Shown here piece by piece: positions 29,511-41,224 of a stretch of DNA of 64,000 nt. Below the pieces are notes generated by a model, which saw nothing but the letters and a program-made list of their open reading frames with translations, did not search any database and was not told the DNA's origin. The position numbers and the translations under genes are program-made. The stretch spans positions 3,778 through 67,777 of the forward strand of contig CAIZVZ010000012.1 in assembly GCA_903936565.1 (NCBI GenBank), read 5' to 3'. The DNA is from an uncultured bacterium. Its GTDB lineage: Bacteria; Patescibacteriota; Minisyncoccia; Phycocordibacterales; CAIZLB01. The stretch's first letter is position 1. Every line of letters begins with the position of its first letter.

Positions 29511-30569
29511 ATGGCACAAGAGCGAGAGGGAAATATTATTGAACCACTATTATATATAAATTCAAAAAACTCAGTCGATCAAGCTGACGCTCTTATTATT
29601 GATGCCATACAATTGAAAGCTTCGGACATTCACATTCAGCCATCAAAAGACAGAACAGAAATTAGGTTCAGAATTAAGGGCCACATGAGTAATGGTCGCT
29701 TCATAAGCTACGGCCAATATATTGAGCTGGTTGGTCGATACAAAATTTTGGCCCAAATGCGAATTGATATTAAAGACATACCGCAAGATGGTAGCTTTGG
29801 TCATGAGGGTTATAGAGTACGCGTTGCTACAATCCCCGGAGTTGATGGGGAGTGTATGGTTCTTCGTATTCTAGATTCCGCCAGTTTACAAATTAAATAT
29901 TTAACTGAGGCGGGAATGTCGTCGAATATCTTTCATAATTTACTTGAAGGTCTACGGGCATCCCCTGGTCTTGTAATTTTTTCTGGTCCAACGGGGAGTG
30001 GTAAGTCAACGAGTGCATATAGTTTGCTCTCGTCTCTGATTGAAGAAAATAAGCAGATACTAACAATCGAGGATCCAGTTGAGAGGAGGATAGAGGGACT
30101 AAGGCAGGTTCAGATACGTCCACAGTCTGGATTCAATTACGCTCAAGCTCTCAAGGCTTCAATGCGACAAGATCCGGATGTAATTTATGTCGGTGAGGTT
30201 AGAGATTCTGACACAATGAAAAGTGTGATGAATCTTGCTCTAACTGGACACACTGTTATTACCACAATTCATGCAAGAGATATAAGAATGACAATCAGAA
30301 GATGTCGATACCTAGGTGCGGATGCATATGAATTATCAATGGTCACAAGAGCAATATTTAATCAAAGACTTGAGAAGGTTCAAAGCGGAGCTCGGTGGAA
30401 TTTTGAACAAATAGCCATGTTTGAAAGTCTCATAAATAACAAAGGGGGCGACGCGCAGTGTGTGTTTATGGATGATCATTCGGTCGGCTCGGGTAACGCT
30501 CAGTATAAACAGGAATTTACTTATGAATCAATGGAGGAGGATAGGGAAAATAAGGCAAGTAATGTGTAA
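29511..30569 (+). CDS. type II/IV secretion ATPase (PilB/GspE/PilT family)
   Basis: Walker A GPTGSGKST, Asp box, EDPVE and His-box motifs. Confidence 0.8.
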   Translation: MAQEREGNIIEPLLYINSKNSVDQADALIIDAIQLKASDIHIQPSKDRTEIRFRIKGHMSNGRFISYGQYIELVGRYKILAQMRIDIKDIPQDGSFGHEGYRVRVATIPGVDGECMVLRILDSASLQIKYLTEAGMSSNIFHNLLEGLRASPGLVIFSGPTGSGKSTSAYSLLSSLIEENKQILTIEDPVERRIEGLRQVQIRPQSGFNYAQALKASMRQDPDVIYVGEVRDSDTMKSVMNLALTGHTVITTIHARDIRMTIRRCRYLGADAYELSMVTRAIFNQRLEKVQSGARWNFEQIAMFESLINNKGGDAQCVFMDDHSVGSGNAQYKQEFTYESMEEDRENKASNV

Positions 30570-30576
30570 TAAAAAT

Positions 30577-31632
30577 ATGAAGAAAATTAGCAAATTAAAA
30601 TTGAGAAAAGAAATACTCGGGCATTTCAAAATGTTTGCCAGATTGTATTCTTCTGGGGTGCCACTCATTGAATCCCTGGAAGTTTTTTGTGATAAAAATA
30701 ATTTTGATTGGAAGAGGCAAATAATTGAGAATTTAAAATCAGGTAAAACATTTGGACAATCTATTGAGGAGCTCCGTTTGCCAATTAGAGATTACGAATT
30801 AACAATCATCAAAAAGTCTGAGGAGTCCGGTAATTTGGCAGAGGGGATTAATAGAGTGTGTGAAATGAGTAAGAGCATAGACAAGACTAAGTCTAAATTT
30901 TTTATGGCTTTGCTTTATCCTTTTATCATATTCACTGTGTCTATTGTGTTGGTGTTGATGATTATAATAATAATCGTTCCAAAAATAAAACCGCTATTCA
31001 GTGGTGGTCAAATCAAAATCCCTTGGACAACACAGGTTCTCTTTTTCTTGAGCACATATTTACTCCATTTAATTATCGTTATTTTTAGCCTTATAATCCT
31101 CGGTATTATTTTTGTTTTATTTAGCATTAACAGGAAGGGAATTAACTATTTCAAAAACTATATCGGGGCTTTTTTGGTAAAAGTCCCAATTCTTGGAGCT
31201 CTACTTAGTCATTACTCGGCCCTTATTAGCTTTAGGATTGCAAGCGAAGTCTTTGCGTCAAGTGGGCTTTTGGTTGAATCTCTCCGAGACTCAGCGATGG
31301 GATCTATTATTCCTAAAGAAAAGATAAAATTATTAAACGTAGCACGTGATGTGGAAAGTGGAGTTTTGTTATCAAGGAGTATTAGCAGAGAAATATCAAG
31401 GGAAAATAAAATATGGGTACCGCTTATCGTTTGTGGTGAGCGGACTGGTTCAATTTCAGAAACATTTTCTTCAATTGCGGACATTCATCAAGAATATTTT
31501 GATGAGGGTATTGCGATGATTAATAAATTGATTGAACCGGTTTCAATGATTGTGGTGGGCCTTGGGGTTGGATTTATTGCCGTATCTATTATTACTCCAA
31601 TGTATTCACTGATATCTTACACGGGTTATTAA
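30577..31632 (+). CDS. type IV pilus/T2SS inner-membrane platform protein (PilC/GspF family)
   Basis: two T2SSF-like repeats with TM helices; sits directly after the ATPase gene; start taken at MKKISK. Confidence 0.7.
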   Translation: MKKISKLKLRKEILGHFKMFARLYSSGVPLIESLEVFCDKNNFDWKRQIIENLKSGKTFGQSIEELRLPIRDYELTIIKKSEESGNLAEGINRVCEMSKSIDKTKSKFFMALLYPFIIFTVSIVLVLMIIIIIVPKIKPLFSGGQIKIPWTTQVLFFLSTYLLHLIIVIFSLIILGIIFVLFSINRKGINYFKNYIGAFLVKVPILGALLSHYSALISFRIASEVFASSGLLVESLRDSAMGSIIPKEKIKLLNVARDVESGVLLSRSISREISRENKIWVPLIVCGERTGSISETFSSIADIHQEYFDEGIAMINKLIEPVSMIVVGLGVGFIAVSIITPMYSLISYTGY

Positions 31633-31655
31633 TTAATTATTCTAATTATCCGCCT

Positions 31656-32966
31656 ATGCTCATATTAGAATTAATTACATCGCTAATACTTTGGATTATG
31701 ATTTTGGTCCCGATGAATTCGTATATTATCGATTTAAATGACAGATCGCCTTACAGGCTAGTTCAAGATGTTTCAAACCAGACAATATTTGATGTAACAA
31801 AGGTTTCTTCCGAGTCCTTAATGAATCGAAGTGGCGTGTGCGGGTACATCGATAATGCGGATCCGTATACCAGTGGGTCGACGGCAACGTATGTAATGTC
31901 CATCAAAAATATTCCAGTCAAATCAACTTCAACTGATGCTGTTTTTATAACTTCGGATGGCCAGCATATTTTTGTTGGACTTAATTCTGCATCTACTACA
32001 GATTACGATTTAATTGCATACGATTCACAAGATATATCAATCCCGCTAGATAAAGTTGATTCTGGTCCTGGAATGGTTGGGGGAGTACTTGTCGGTAAAA
32101 ACCTATTTCTCATCAACTCCAGCGTTAATAGTGCGCTTCAAAGATTTAAATTTAATCAAGTCTCCAAAAAACTGGAGAAGACTGGAGATTACAAAGTACC
32201 ATGGTCAACTTCAGGGAATCCAGTGTACGGAACAAAAATATCTACAATTTATCCAAACTTATTTCTCGGTCTCAAGAAAAATAACGGGGAAGAGCTGTTG
32301 TCTATTGATTTAAATAAAATAGATGGAGGCCTTGCTTTGGCGATAAATAGTAAGTGGGAGCTGGATAGTTCAGTTCAGGATATTTGGCCGATGTATGATA
32401 AATATCTGCATCTGTTAATTTCAACTGCAAAAGAGCCTGAGATAAATGACTTTTGTTTGAATTGTGATTTTACTCCGTTTTCTACTACCACATCTTCGTT
32501 TGCGACAACGTCCCCGATAAATACCTTTGATTTATTTGGATCCTTGGGAAATGTCAGGAGTTTAATTGCAAAGGACGGTGTGATATATGTTGGCAGGACT
32601 GCGGGCAATAATGAATTATTTAAAATTAATATAACGAGAGATTACTCTTCACAGCCTATCGCGACCCCCACATCAAGCACCTATAGTTATGACTTAATTA
32701 ATTCAATCGATGTCAATGATGGAATTTATTCTATGATAATCTCCAATCATCGCCTGTTCTTGGTGGAAGGGAAAAGTAATTCAAAGATTCAAATCAGGAA
32801 CGAGGAGGATATCTCTAAAATAATTCAAACAATAGATGTTGGTGGAGCGGTATATGACATGGATTGTTCGGGTTCAAAAATATTTGGGGTTGGGTCGATT
32901 TATAAGATGTCAGGGACGTCGACGGAATATATTACACCTATTATTTTTGAGTTGAGGCCGGTGTAA
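31656..32966 (+). CDS. hypothetical protein with an N-terminal TM/signal segment (pilus-cluster gene)
   Basis: 436-aa Ser/Thr/Asn-rich ORF between the platform and pilin genes. Confidence 0.4.
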   Translation: MLILELITSLILWIMILVPMNSYIIDLNDRSPYRLVQDVSNQTIFDVTKVSSESLMNRSGVCGYIDNADPYTSGSTATYVMSIKNIPVKSTSTDAVFITSDGQHIFVGLNSASTTDYDLIAYDSQDISIPLDKVDSGPGMVGGVLVGKNLFLINSSVNSALQRFKFNQVSKKLEKTGDYKVPWSTSGNPVYGTKISTIYPNLFLGLKKNNGEELLSIDLNKIDGGLALAINSKWELDSSVQDIWPMYDKYLHLLISTAKEPEINDFCLNCDFTPFSTTTSSFATTSPINTFDLFGSLGNVRSLIAKDGVIYVGRTAGNNELFKINITRDYSSQPIATPTSSTYSYDLINSIDVNDGIYSMIISNHRLFLVEGKSNSKIQIRNEEDISKIIQTIDVGGAVYDMDCSGSKIFGVGSIYKMSGTSTEYITPIIFELRPV

Positions 32967-32987
32967 TATTTAAATAATTCCTAACAT

Positions 32988-33422
32988 ATGATTATACAAA
33001 ATAAAATCAATTTGATTGGTCGATTCGATCGCGGAGGTCGTACCCGCCAAAACAAAGGCTTCACTCTGATTGAAGTCGTAATCTATTGTTCAATCTTTAT
33101 AATCTTTGCAGTCACTACTATTGAATCAATGATTTGGATTGGTGCTCAGTTGTCTACTCAGGCAAATGTTGCTGAGATTCAAGAACAAGATATTTACAAA
33201 ATTTATTTCTCTAATATATATAGGCGAACAAGAATGAATAATCAAAAGGTGGAAACACTTTATTCGACGCTAATTTCTTCGTCGAGCAGAGTTTGTCTTG
33301 ATGTCACTGAGGACTGCAAAATGAATATAATTTTGAACAGTGACATTGTTACTAAATTTAATCATAAAAATAGATATCAATCAGACCTTTTATTTTTTGA
33401 TTCCATAGATAATGGTGTATAA
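32988..33422 (+). CDS. type IV pilin or pseudopilin (prepilin-type N-terminal cleavage/methylation domain)
   Basis: ...QNKG|FTLIEVVIY class III signal motif followed by a hydrophobic helix; C-terminal Cys pair CLDVTEDC. Confidence 0.7.
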   Translation: MIIQNKINLIGRFDRGGRTRQNKGFTLIEVVIYCSIFIIFAVTTIESMIWIGAQLSTQANVAEIQEQDIYKIYFSNIYRRTRMNNQKVETLYSTLISSSSRVCLDVTEDCKMNIILNSDIVTKFNHKNRYQSDLLFFDSIDNGV

Positions 33423-33431
33423 TAAAACAAT

Positions 33432-33932
33432 ATGGTATTTGGATATCAACAAGGTAATAGTTTTTCACAACACAAGCAGGCGCTTGGTTTTGATGCTGCG
33501 GCAGGGGAGCAGATGCGTCTAAAGCAAATAACAGAACAGAGAAAGAGGGAACAGCAGATGCGTGCCAAGCAAGATATTCAATCAAAAGAAGTGAAGCTCC
33601 GCATAATAAAGGATGAGATTAGTAGAAGAGCAATGGATTTAAAGAGGGTGGATTCTAGCGTTGTTAAACTGTCTGCTGCTACGCATGGTCATACGGACAA
33701 TTTTGATTTGAAAATCAGAGAATTGAAAAACAAGATTAAGGATCTGGAAAAGGAAATTGAAAAAGAGATGAGTCTAAAGGCTTATGCAGAAAAAACAGGT
33801 GCAAATCAGGCTCGGGAGCTTACAGTTGTGCAAGGTAGAAAAAAAATCGAAGAAGGGGAGATTGTTAGACTAAAAACCGAAGAACATCATCTTGAGACGG
33901 AGATTGCGGAGTTGAGGAGATTGACGATATAG
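33432..33932 (+). CDS. coiled-coil protein
   Basis: heptad-rich, charged sequence (EQRKREQQMRAKQD...LKNKIKDLEKEIEKE). Confidence 0.45.
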   Translation: MVFGYQQGNSFSQHKQALGFDAAAGEQMRLKQITEQRKREQQMRAKQDIQSKEVKLRIIKDEISRRAMDLKRVDSSVVKLSAATHGHTDNFDLKIRELKNKIKDLEKEIEKEMSLKAYAEKTGANQARELTVVQGRKKIEEGEIVRLKTEEHHLETEIAELRRLTI

Positions 33933-33979
33933 AGTTTATCCACTTATATAAGGGTGTATGTTGTTGTTAATATGTATTC

Positions 33980-35092
33980 GTGTTGTATACTAGTAGAAGT
34001 AATCTTACTTTATATATTAAAATTAACATGAAATCAAAACAATATAATTCAAAATATCCTACAGCGTTTATCGCTGTGTTAGCAGTAGCGCTAATTTTCT
34101 CACAATATTCAAATATTAAAAGTGCCATTGGGTATGTGGGGGTTGGGGCAGGTAACTTGGTTGCCGCAGTTGGTAAGGCTGTTGTATCTAGTCCATCTGC
34201 AAAATCACCATCTACTCCAAGTAATAGTCAACCTGGTTCTGGCGCTAGTAATATTAGTAGTAACAGCGGCGAGAATGCCAGTAGCAATGGTGGAACTAAT
34301 GTAAGTAGTAACTCAGGAGAATATAATTCAAAAAATAATATTAAGTATACCTTATTGGTCTACCCCACAGCAGTTGTGGCAAGTAAACTTGATGCAAATG
34401 GTAAAAGGGTTTCGATTCAAGGTAAAGGTACAATAATATCTTCCGATAAGACTATCGACTGTGGTAAGGCGTGTTTATACTCATATACACCAAATTCAGT
34501 TGTCGGATTAAAGGCTGTTCCTGATGCAAATTCTATTTTTGAGGGTTGGCGAGGAGATGTTACGGACAAGAATTCTTCTGCTTCTGTAATTATGAATAAG
34601 GATAAAAAGGTTTCCGCGATATTTGCACCAAGAGAAAATAAATATTCTCTTAAGACTAATGTCGCTGTTACACAATTGGGTGTCGGTGCTGGAGGAAAAA
34701 TAGTTGGTCAAGGAATAGATTGTGAAGATGATTGTTTTGAAAAATACAATGAAAACAGCAAGGTTACTTTAACTGCAATACCTAATGATAAGTCTGTATT
34801 TATAAAATGGAGTCCATTAGTAGCTGAAAGTTCCTGTTCCGGAAAAGGTGTGTGTACACTTACTATGAATTCAAATAAGGATGTTGAAGCCGACTTTGGA
34901 TTAATTTCTAAGACGTGTGGTCAAGCATTTCTTGAAGCGTTAGGTCAGGCTTTAGGAAGTAAGTTGACTGGTACTGAAAGTCAAGCTTCGGTGATAGAGC
35001 AAATTCTTAAAAACCAAACAATGTCTAAAGATCAGAAAGATGATCATATAAGGAGTGTTCAAGGGTCATCTTGTTATTTCAGGACGTTTTAA
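33980..35092 (+). CDS. secreted surface protein with three divergent InlB B-repeat-like (bacterial repeat) domains
   Basis: signal/TM segment, S/N-rich linker, then three repeats of the form G.G.I...DCG..C...Y....V.L.A.P.....F.GW.GD. Confidence 0.5.
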   Translation: MLYTSRSNLTLYIKINMKSKQYNSKYPTAFIAVLAVALIFSQYSNIKSAIGYVGVGAGNLVAAVGKAVVSSPSAKSPSTPSNSQPGSGASNISSNSGENASSNGGTNVSSNSGEYNSKNNIKYTLLVYPTAVVASKLDANGKRVSIQGKGTIISSDKTIDCGKACLYSYTPNSVVGLKAVPDANSIFEGWRGDVTDKNSSASVIMNKDKKVSAIFAPRENKYSLKTNVAVTQLGVGAGGKIVGQGIDCEDDCFEKYNENSKVTLTAIPNDKSVFIKWSPLVAESSCSGKGVCTLTMNSNKDVEADFGLISKTCGQAFLEALGQALGSKLTGTESQASVIEQILKNQTMSKDQKDDHIRSVQGSSCYFRTF

Positions 35093-35121
35093 TAAATAAG
35101 ATATACTTCCTTTTGGTTACA

Positions 35122-35160
35122 TAAATAAACACATCAATTTGATGTGTTTATTTTATTCTT
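35122..35160 (+). terminator. intrinsic terminator (14-bp AT-rich perfect hairpin plus T-run)
   Basis: taaataaacacatc-aattt-gatgtgtttattta, then ttattctt. Confidence 0.5.
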
Positions 35161-35315
35161 GCTTTTGCCCCCTGTACTTATCTGTGCTACTCTATTGTTG
35201 AAAACAGACGCGGAGCATTAGATGGCGTCTAAGAACAAATTTCAAGGCACTTTACCCCTCGCTCTAAGAGGTAAAATTGTTTTGGAAAACAACTGCATTA
35301 GAAACGGAGAATCAA

Positions 35316-35945
35316 ATGATACTTACAAAAAGGGCTTTTAAAGCTGGTGATGCTGATGGAGACGTTGGGGAAATACCAGACTTGAATTTTAACGTGTTTG
35401 AGGGTTCAACTCCTTCAAATCTACTCGCGAGTCTTACTGCACGAGGCGACGTCACCATCATTGGTGATACCCAGGTGTTGGACCGACTGTTGTGGCCGGA
35501 GTACGAATTCCCTGAATTTTCCCACATGGTGTCTGCCTGTTTTGCCAGGGTCGACAATAGTTCACCTTCACTGGCAGATACCGCTAGTTTGTCCTTTTTT
35601 GATAAAATGGACCTGCTAATCGGTGGTCTTAATGTTCAGCTCGGATATGGCGAAAAAGAGTCTCTGTATCTAGCTGGAGACATGGAGGCTGCCACTGTTA
35701 TTTGTTGCTTGGCAAGGAACAAGGATCATGGCTGGGGGCAACTGCCTTCACGTGCACTGATCCGTATCTTTCCAGAGGAGGAGTTTGTTGCTAGCACGGT
35801 TGTAATTTTGACGACCGAGATTCAAAATGATCAATTGGTACTGCGCTTTTTTGAACTCCCCCCTGAGCACGCTGGTTTGCATTATGACGACTGCCGTGTC
35901 TTGCTGACTCGGATGGCTGACGATAGGGATAGTGCACATGAGTGA
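35316..35945 (+). CDS. hypothetical protein (GC-enriched cassette gene)
   Basis: elevated GC; GGAG sits 7 nt before the ATG at 35316; the longer ORF starts at 35277. Confidence 0.35.
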   Translation: MILTKRAFKAGDADGDVGEIPDLNFNVFEGSTPSNLLASLTARGDVTIIGDTQVLDRLLWPEYEFPEFSHMVSACFARVDNSSPSLADTASLSFFDKMDLLIGGLNVQLGYGEKESLYLAGDMEAATVICCLARNKDHGWGQLPSRALIRIFPEEEFVASTVVILTTEIQNDQLVLRFFELPPEHAGLHYDDCRVLLTRMADDRDSAHE

Positions 35946-35978
35946 CTTTCCCTTCAAAAAACTCGCACTGTTTAAGTG

Positions 35979-36003
35979 CCCGGTCCTAACAGGCCGGTTT
36001 TTT
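35979..36003 (+). terminator. GC hairpin plus T6 terminator for the 35316-35945 gene
   Basis: ccgg-t-cct-aac-agg-ccgg, then tttttt. Confidence 0.45.
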
Positions 36004-36012
36004 GTTGCAAGT

Positions 36013-36039
36013 AAAAACCGCATCTTTTCTAATGCGGTT
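36013..36039 (-). terminator. terminator hairpin for gpmI on the minus strand
   Basis: aaccgcat-cttttcta-atgcggtt; the A5 run on the plus side gives a U-run on the minus transcript. Confidence 0.4.
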
Positions 36040-36092
36040 AATTACTTTTATTTTTTCGCTGAAGTGATGATGAAGTGGTGGTGAATTAAAAT

Positions 36093-37733
36093 CTACTTCA
36101 CAATCAAGCTCTCTCCGGTCATGAAATCTGGTTTTTTGATTTGCATTTCGTCGAAGATTGTTGGGGCGATGTCAGCTAGAGTTGGAACTCCAAGTGTGTC
36201 TGGATTAGTTGAGTTTCCTTCTACTCTCAACTTAATTGCTTTGTCTGTTACAATCATCGGTACAAGATTAGTTGTGTGTGATGTATGTTTGTTGCCCGTT
36301 GTTTGATCGACATTCAATTCTGCATTTCCATGGTCCGCAGTAATGAATGCAACTCCACTATGGGCAAGTACTGATTCAACAACTCTCCCTAGTTGCTTAT
36401 CTGCTTCTTCGACAGATTCGATTATCGCAGGAACATTTGCTGTGTGGCCAACCATGTCAGCATTTGCGAAGTTGATGAAGATGAAATCAGTTCCTGCTTC
36501 AATTTGCTCAATTGCTTTATCGGCAATTCCTTCAGCGCGCATCTTTGGAGCCAAATCATGTGTTGCGACATCCTTATGGCTTGCCAAAAGAATATGAGAC
36601 TCACCAGGATATGGTTTTTCAACCCCACCATTTAAGAAATATGTTGCGTGAGGGAATTTCTCAGTTTCCGCAATATGAGCTTGAGTAAACCCACCTTCTG
36701 AAATTTCCTTTGCAAGGGTGGTTTCAATTACAAGAGAAGGGAAGACGACTGGGTAATGGAACTCATCGCCGTATGATGTCATGCCAGCAAACTTCCAGTC
36801 CATTGCTTTTGCTTTTGCAAGTATATCTCTTGTTAATTGTCTTGCGCGATCTGCTCTGAAGTTAAAGAAGAAAATAGCATCATCCTCTTTTGTTGGTGTA
36901 CCAAATACTTCTACTCCATCAATAATATTTTTGCATACTATTGGTTCTAGTAGCTCATCAATCTTTCCTTCTTTGTATAAGCCCTCTAGAAATTCAGTTG
37001 GTTCAATTTCACAATCATGCCCGATTCCACTAAAGATTGCATCCTCTGCTTTATCAGTTCTCTCTGCGTTATTGTCTCTATCCATTGCGTAATATCTACC
37101 ACAAATTGTTGCGATATGACCAAGGCCAGTTTCTTTTAGAACTGCTTCTAATTCTCCAACATATTTCGCTGCGCTTTGTGGAGGAGTATCGCGTCCATCT
37201 GTAAAGACATGAACTGCAAGCTTATTAACCCCAGCATTTTTTGCGGCCCTGATAAAGGCAAAGAGATGTTCTTGGTGTGAGTGGATACCACCATCACTCA
37301 ATAGTCCCATTACATGAAGGGTACTATCGTGCTCTTTAACATGATTAAACAATTCTACAAAAGGTGGTAGGGTGTCATATTCACCAGAAGTAATAGACTT
37401 TTTTATTCTTACCAAGTCTGTGTCCATTGCGCGCCCAGCTCCGATTGTTGTGTGGCCGATTTCACTATTTCCCATTTGTCCTTCAGGAAGTCCGACAGCA
37501 AGACCGCTGGCATCTAGCAGGGTGTGTGGGTAATTGTTCCAAAATTCTCGAAACTTCGGAGTATTGGCTGATGCAAGTGCATTGTCCTTTGTATCCTCTC
37601 TATGGCCCCAACCATCAAGTACTATTAATACAACCGGCTTTCTTAAGTGATGTCTATCAGCGATAGTTGCACCGTCAGTTTCTGTTGTACCAAAATCTGG
37701 ATCTTGATTTATGTTTTGTGATTGTGTGTCCAT
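36093..37733 (-). CDS. gpmI: 2,3-bisphosphoglycerate-independent phosphoglycerate mutase
   Basis: LIVLDGWGHRED...GNSEIGHTTIGAGR and alkaline-phosphatase-like metal-binding motifs. Confidence 0.9.
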   Translation of the reverse strand: MDTQSQNINQDPDFGTTETDGATIADRHHLRKPVVLIVLDGWGHREDTKDNALASANTPKFREFWNNYPHTLLDASGLAVGLPEGQMGNSEIGHTTIGAGRAMDTDLVRIKKSITSGEYDTLPPFVELFNHVKEHDSTLHVMGLLSDGGIHSHQEHLFAFIRAAKNAGVNKLAVHVFTDGRDTPPQSAAKYVGELEAVLKETGLGHIATICGRYYAMDRDNNAERTDKAEDAIFSGIGHDCEIEPTEFLEGLYKEGKIDELLEPIVCKNIIDGVEVFGTPTKEDDAIFFFNFRADRARQLTRDILAKAKAMDWKFAGMTSYGDEFHYPVVFPSLVIETTLAKEISEGGFTQAHIAETEKFPHATYFLNGGVEKPYPGESHILLASHKDVATHDLAPKMRAEGIADKAIEQIEAGTDFIFINFANADMVGHTANVPAIIESVEEADKQLGRVVESVLAHSGVAFITADHGNAELNVDQTTGNKHTSHTTNLVPMIVTDKAIKLRVEGNSTNPDTLGVPTLADIAPTIFDEMQIKKPDFMTGESLIVK

Positions 37734-37809
37734 ATATTTGTTTAATTGCGAACTTTTAATTGATAAAAATATTTTTTAAAATTCTACCGCAAGTGAGAGG
37801 AAAAGGGAA

Positions 37810-39201
<1,392 letters not shown>

Positions 39202-39292
39202 TTACCTCTGTTTTAAATTTTCTTATAATTTGTATACGCCCATTGTATCATAACTTTTAATGTAGTATTCTATCGAACAGAAGGGTTGACCT

Positions 39293-40198
39293 ATGTCAAA
39301 TGTCCTTTTCGGTTTTCTCAACCAAATTCAACTAAACCAACAGAATAAAGAACCAAATCACATGAAAAAACTAGAACGTGAAAGCCCGAGAGGGGCTGGG
39401 CAAAACGGCCCTTGCGACATAGTTCTGGATGATGATCTGGGACTTTGGAGCTGTGAACAACAGGTAATCCATGTGGGGTTAAAACCCGATGGGACACCAA
39501 TGGATATGACCATTTTTGGTCTCGATATGACGCTCATGGATACCGCTTATTCACTTTGGGCGGCGTCTCAGCGGATTGTGGAGGTGTACACTGATAACCT
39601 GAGTCGGATACCCGAACTCTCAGAATTTGAACTCGGTGTACCGAGTTTTGATTTCTATGCTTGGGGGGTACCAAAATACGTTCCACTTAGTCAAGCTTGG
39701 GAAACGTTTGCTGAAATTCTTGCGGGAATTGAAGCGGCTAGACCAAGCGGGCTTTTACCAGGTGTCGCAGAGTGGCTTAAAACTCTGGCGTTGCAGTCTC
39801 ATCTAATCATTGTGACCAACAACAAGACTCCAAGCCTCCCTGAGATTATCAGAGTTCAGGCCGGGGTTGATGTTGATCTGGTTGTGGTGGATGATGACGT
39901 TGCACCGGTTCTCGGAGTTTTGAATAATTCGTACCGTGCTCTCCATGAGTATGGGTGTAAGCTGTTCTACTTTGATAACTCGCTAAGGGAAATACAGGCG
40001 GCAGACGCCTGTGGACCTCCACTTTACCCAGTTGCTGTTGCGTGTAATAAAATTCACGCACCAAGTAACGCCGGGCAAAAGGCGGCGTGGAAGAGGTTGG
40101 CAATTCAAAGCGGGGCACGTGGCATTCTGTCTCCTGGTCAAATCTGCGCGGCCATTTCAGGTGGATATGATTTGAACGGTTCGCTTTCTAGCTGGTAG
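39293..40198 (+). CDS. HAD-superfamily-like protein with a substituted nucleophile; GC-enriched
   Basis: IFGLDMTLMDT resembles HAD motif I, but Gly replaces the first Asp; HLIIVTNN matches motif II; FDNSLREIQAADACG matches motif IV. Confidence 0.4.
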   Translation: MSNVLFGFLNQIQLNQQNKEPNHMKKLERESPRGAGQNGPCDIVLDDDLGLWSCEQQVIHVGLKPDGTPMDMTIFGLDMTLMDTAYSLWAASQRIVEVYTDNLSRIPELSEFELGVPSFDFYAWGVPKYVPLSQAWETFAEILAGIEAARPSGLLPGVAEWLKTLALQSHLIIVTNNKTPSLPEIIRVQAGVDVDLVVVDDDVAPVLGVLNNSYRALHEYGCKLFYFDNSLREIQAADACGPPLYPVAVACNKIHAPSNAGQKAAWKRLAIQSGARGILSPGQICAAISGGYDLNGSLSSW

Positions 40199-40240
40199 GG
40201 CTTAGGCCTGATTCCAGCTTTGGTGGCAGTTCAATTCATT

Positions 40241-40273
40241 GGGGCGCGGCGAGAAATCGCCGCGCCCCTTTTG
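40241..40273 (+). terminator. strong intrinsic terminator (12-bp GC stem plus TTTT)
   Basis: ggggcgcggcga-gaaa-tcgccgcgcccc, then ttttg; lies inside the 5' end of the tracked ORF 40239-41207, which argues that ORF starts later. Confidence 0.55.
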
Positions 40274-40346
40274 CATTGCACTTTTTTGTAAAAGTAGTAT
40301 TCTTTTTTCCAGAAAGGGGGCTTCAAACCAAGGCCCACAGATTTTG

Positions 40347-41207
40347 ATGAATAAAAGATTGAAAGCACAATTTGCTTCACTTATTCACAGAAAAGATGTT
40401 GGCCTCAACATTAGTCTGTGTCGAAATGTGGGGCTGTCCATTCTGGAGGCACAAGAAGTGCAGCCACGCAAAACCCCAGGCGGTTCACCGTTTCCGCTTG
40501 TGGCATGTTCCTTTGACGAACTGTTGGCTCCTACTGCTTCCAACTGCTACAAGGCGCTGGTGCGGTATGCAGCCGATATTGATGATGATTATGACTATGA
40601 TTTGCCGTCGCGATCTGATTTTAGAAATATGAATATCTACGAGAACCGTTCTATTCTACACGGTCTAAACCTTTTAAGGAGAACCCCATACAGCAATGTC
40701 TGGTATTCATATCTTGAATTGCTCCGTGATGTGGAGAATGAGACTCCAACTAGGCTGTATCCATGGGTTGCTGAAACCTTACGGAGAATCATGGAACATT
40801 TCCATCTGGTCATAGTGACTTCAAATCGTACTCATGATGTCGCTCGTATGGTCAGAAACCAAACGGGGATTACGGAACATTTTGACGTTGTGAAAGTACC
40901 AAGAGCCAACAAGGGTTTGGTGCTTGCCACTTTGGCGGGCTATCACAAGACTCATCACGGTGACGGTGTCTGGATTCCCTTCGACTTTTTTTGCCGTTCC
41001 GAACAGGATGTGAGATCAGCCGAGGAGTGTGGTAGGTACGTAAGTACCTATTGTGTTGCGAACCAACATCACTTGAACGGAAATGGTAGTCTCAAGAACT
41101 ATCTCCGCCGGAATAGTGCAACCCACATCACCGCCGATGAAATTCTCTCTACCGTCTATGGCTATCGCCTCCACAGCTTGGGGTATGGACAAGACAAATG
41201 TTCCTAG
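40347..41207 (+). CDS. HAD-like paralog of the 39293 product, more degenerate; GC-enriched
   Basis: aligns with the upstream gene (L.P.VAE.L...HL.IVT.N.T, F..S...A..CG, LNG.GSL); start moved to MNKRLKAQ because the 40239 start overlaps the terminator hairpin. Confidence 0.35.
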   Translation: MNKRLKAQFASLIHRKDVGLNISLCRNVGLSILEAQEVQPRKTPGGSPFPLVACSFDELLAPTASNCYKALVRYAADIDDDYDYDLPSRSDFRNMNIYENRSILHGLNLLRRTPYSNVWYSYLELLRDVENETPTRLYPWVAETLRRIMEHFHLVIVTSNRTHDVARMVRNQTGITEHFDVVKVPRANKGLVLATLAGYHKTHHGDGVWIPFDFFCRSEQDVRSAEECGRYVSTYCVANQHHLNGNGSLKNYLRRNSATHITADEILSTVYGYRLHSLGYGQDKCS

Positions 41208-41224
41208 CTGCTCCAAGGTCTGTC

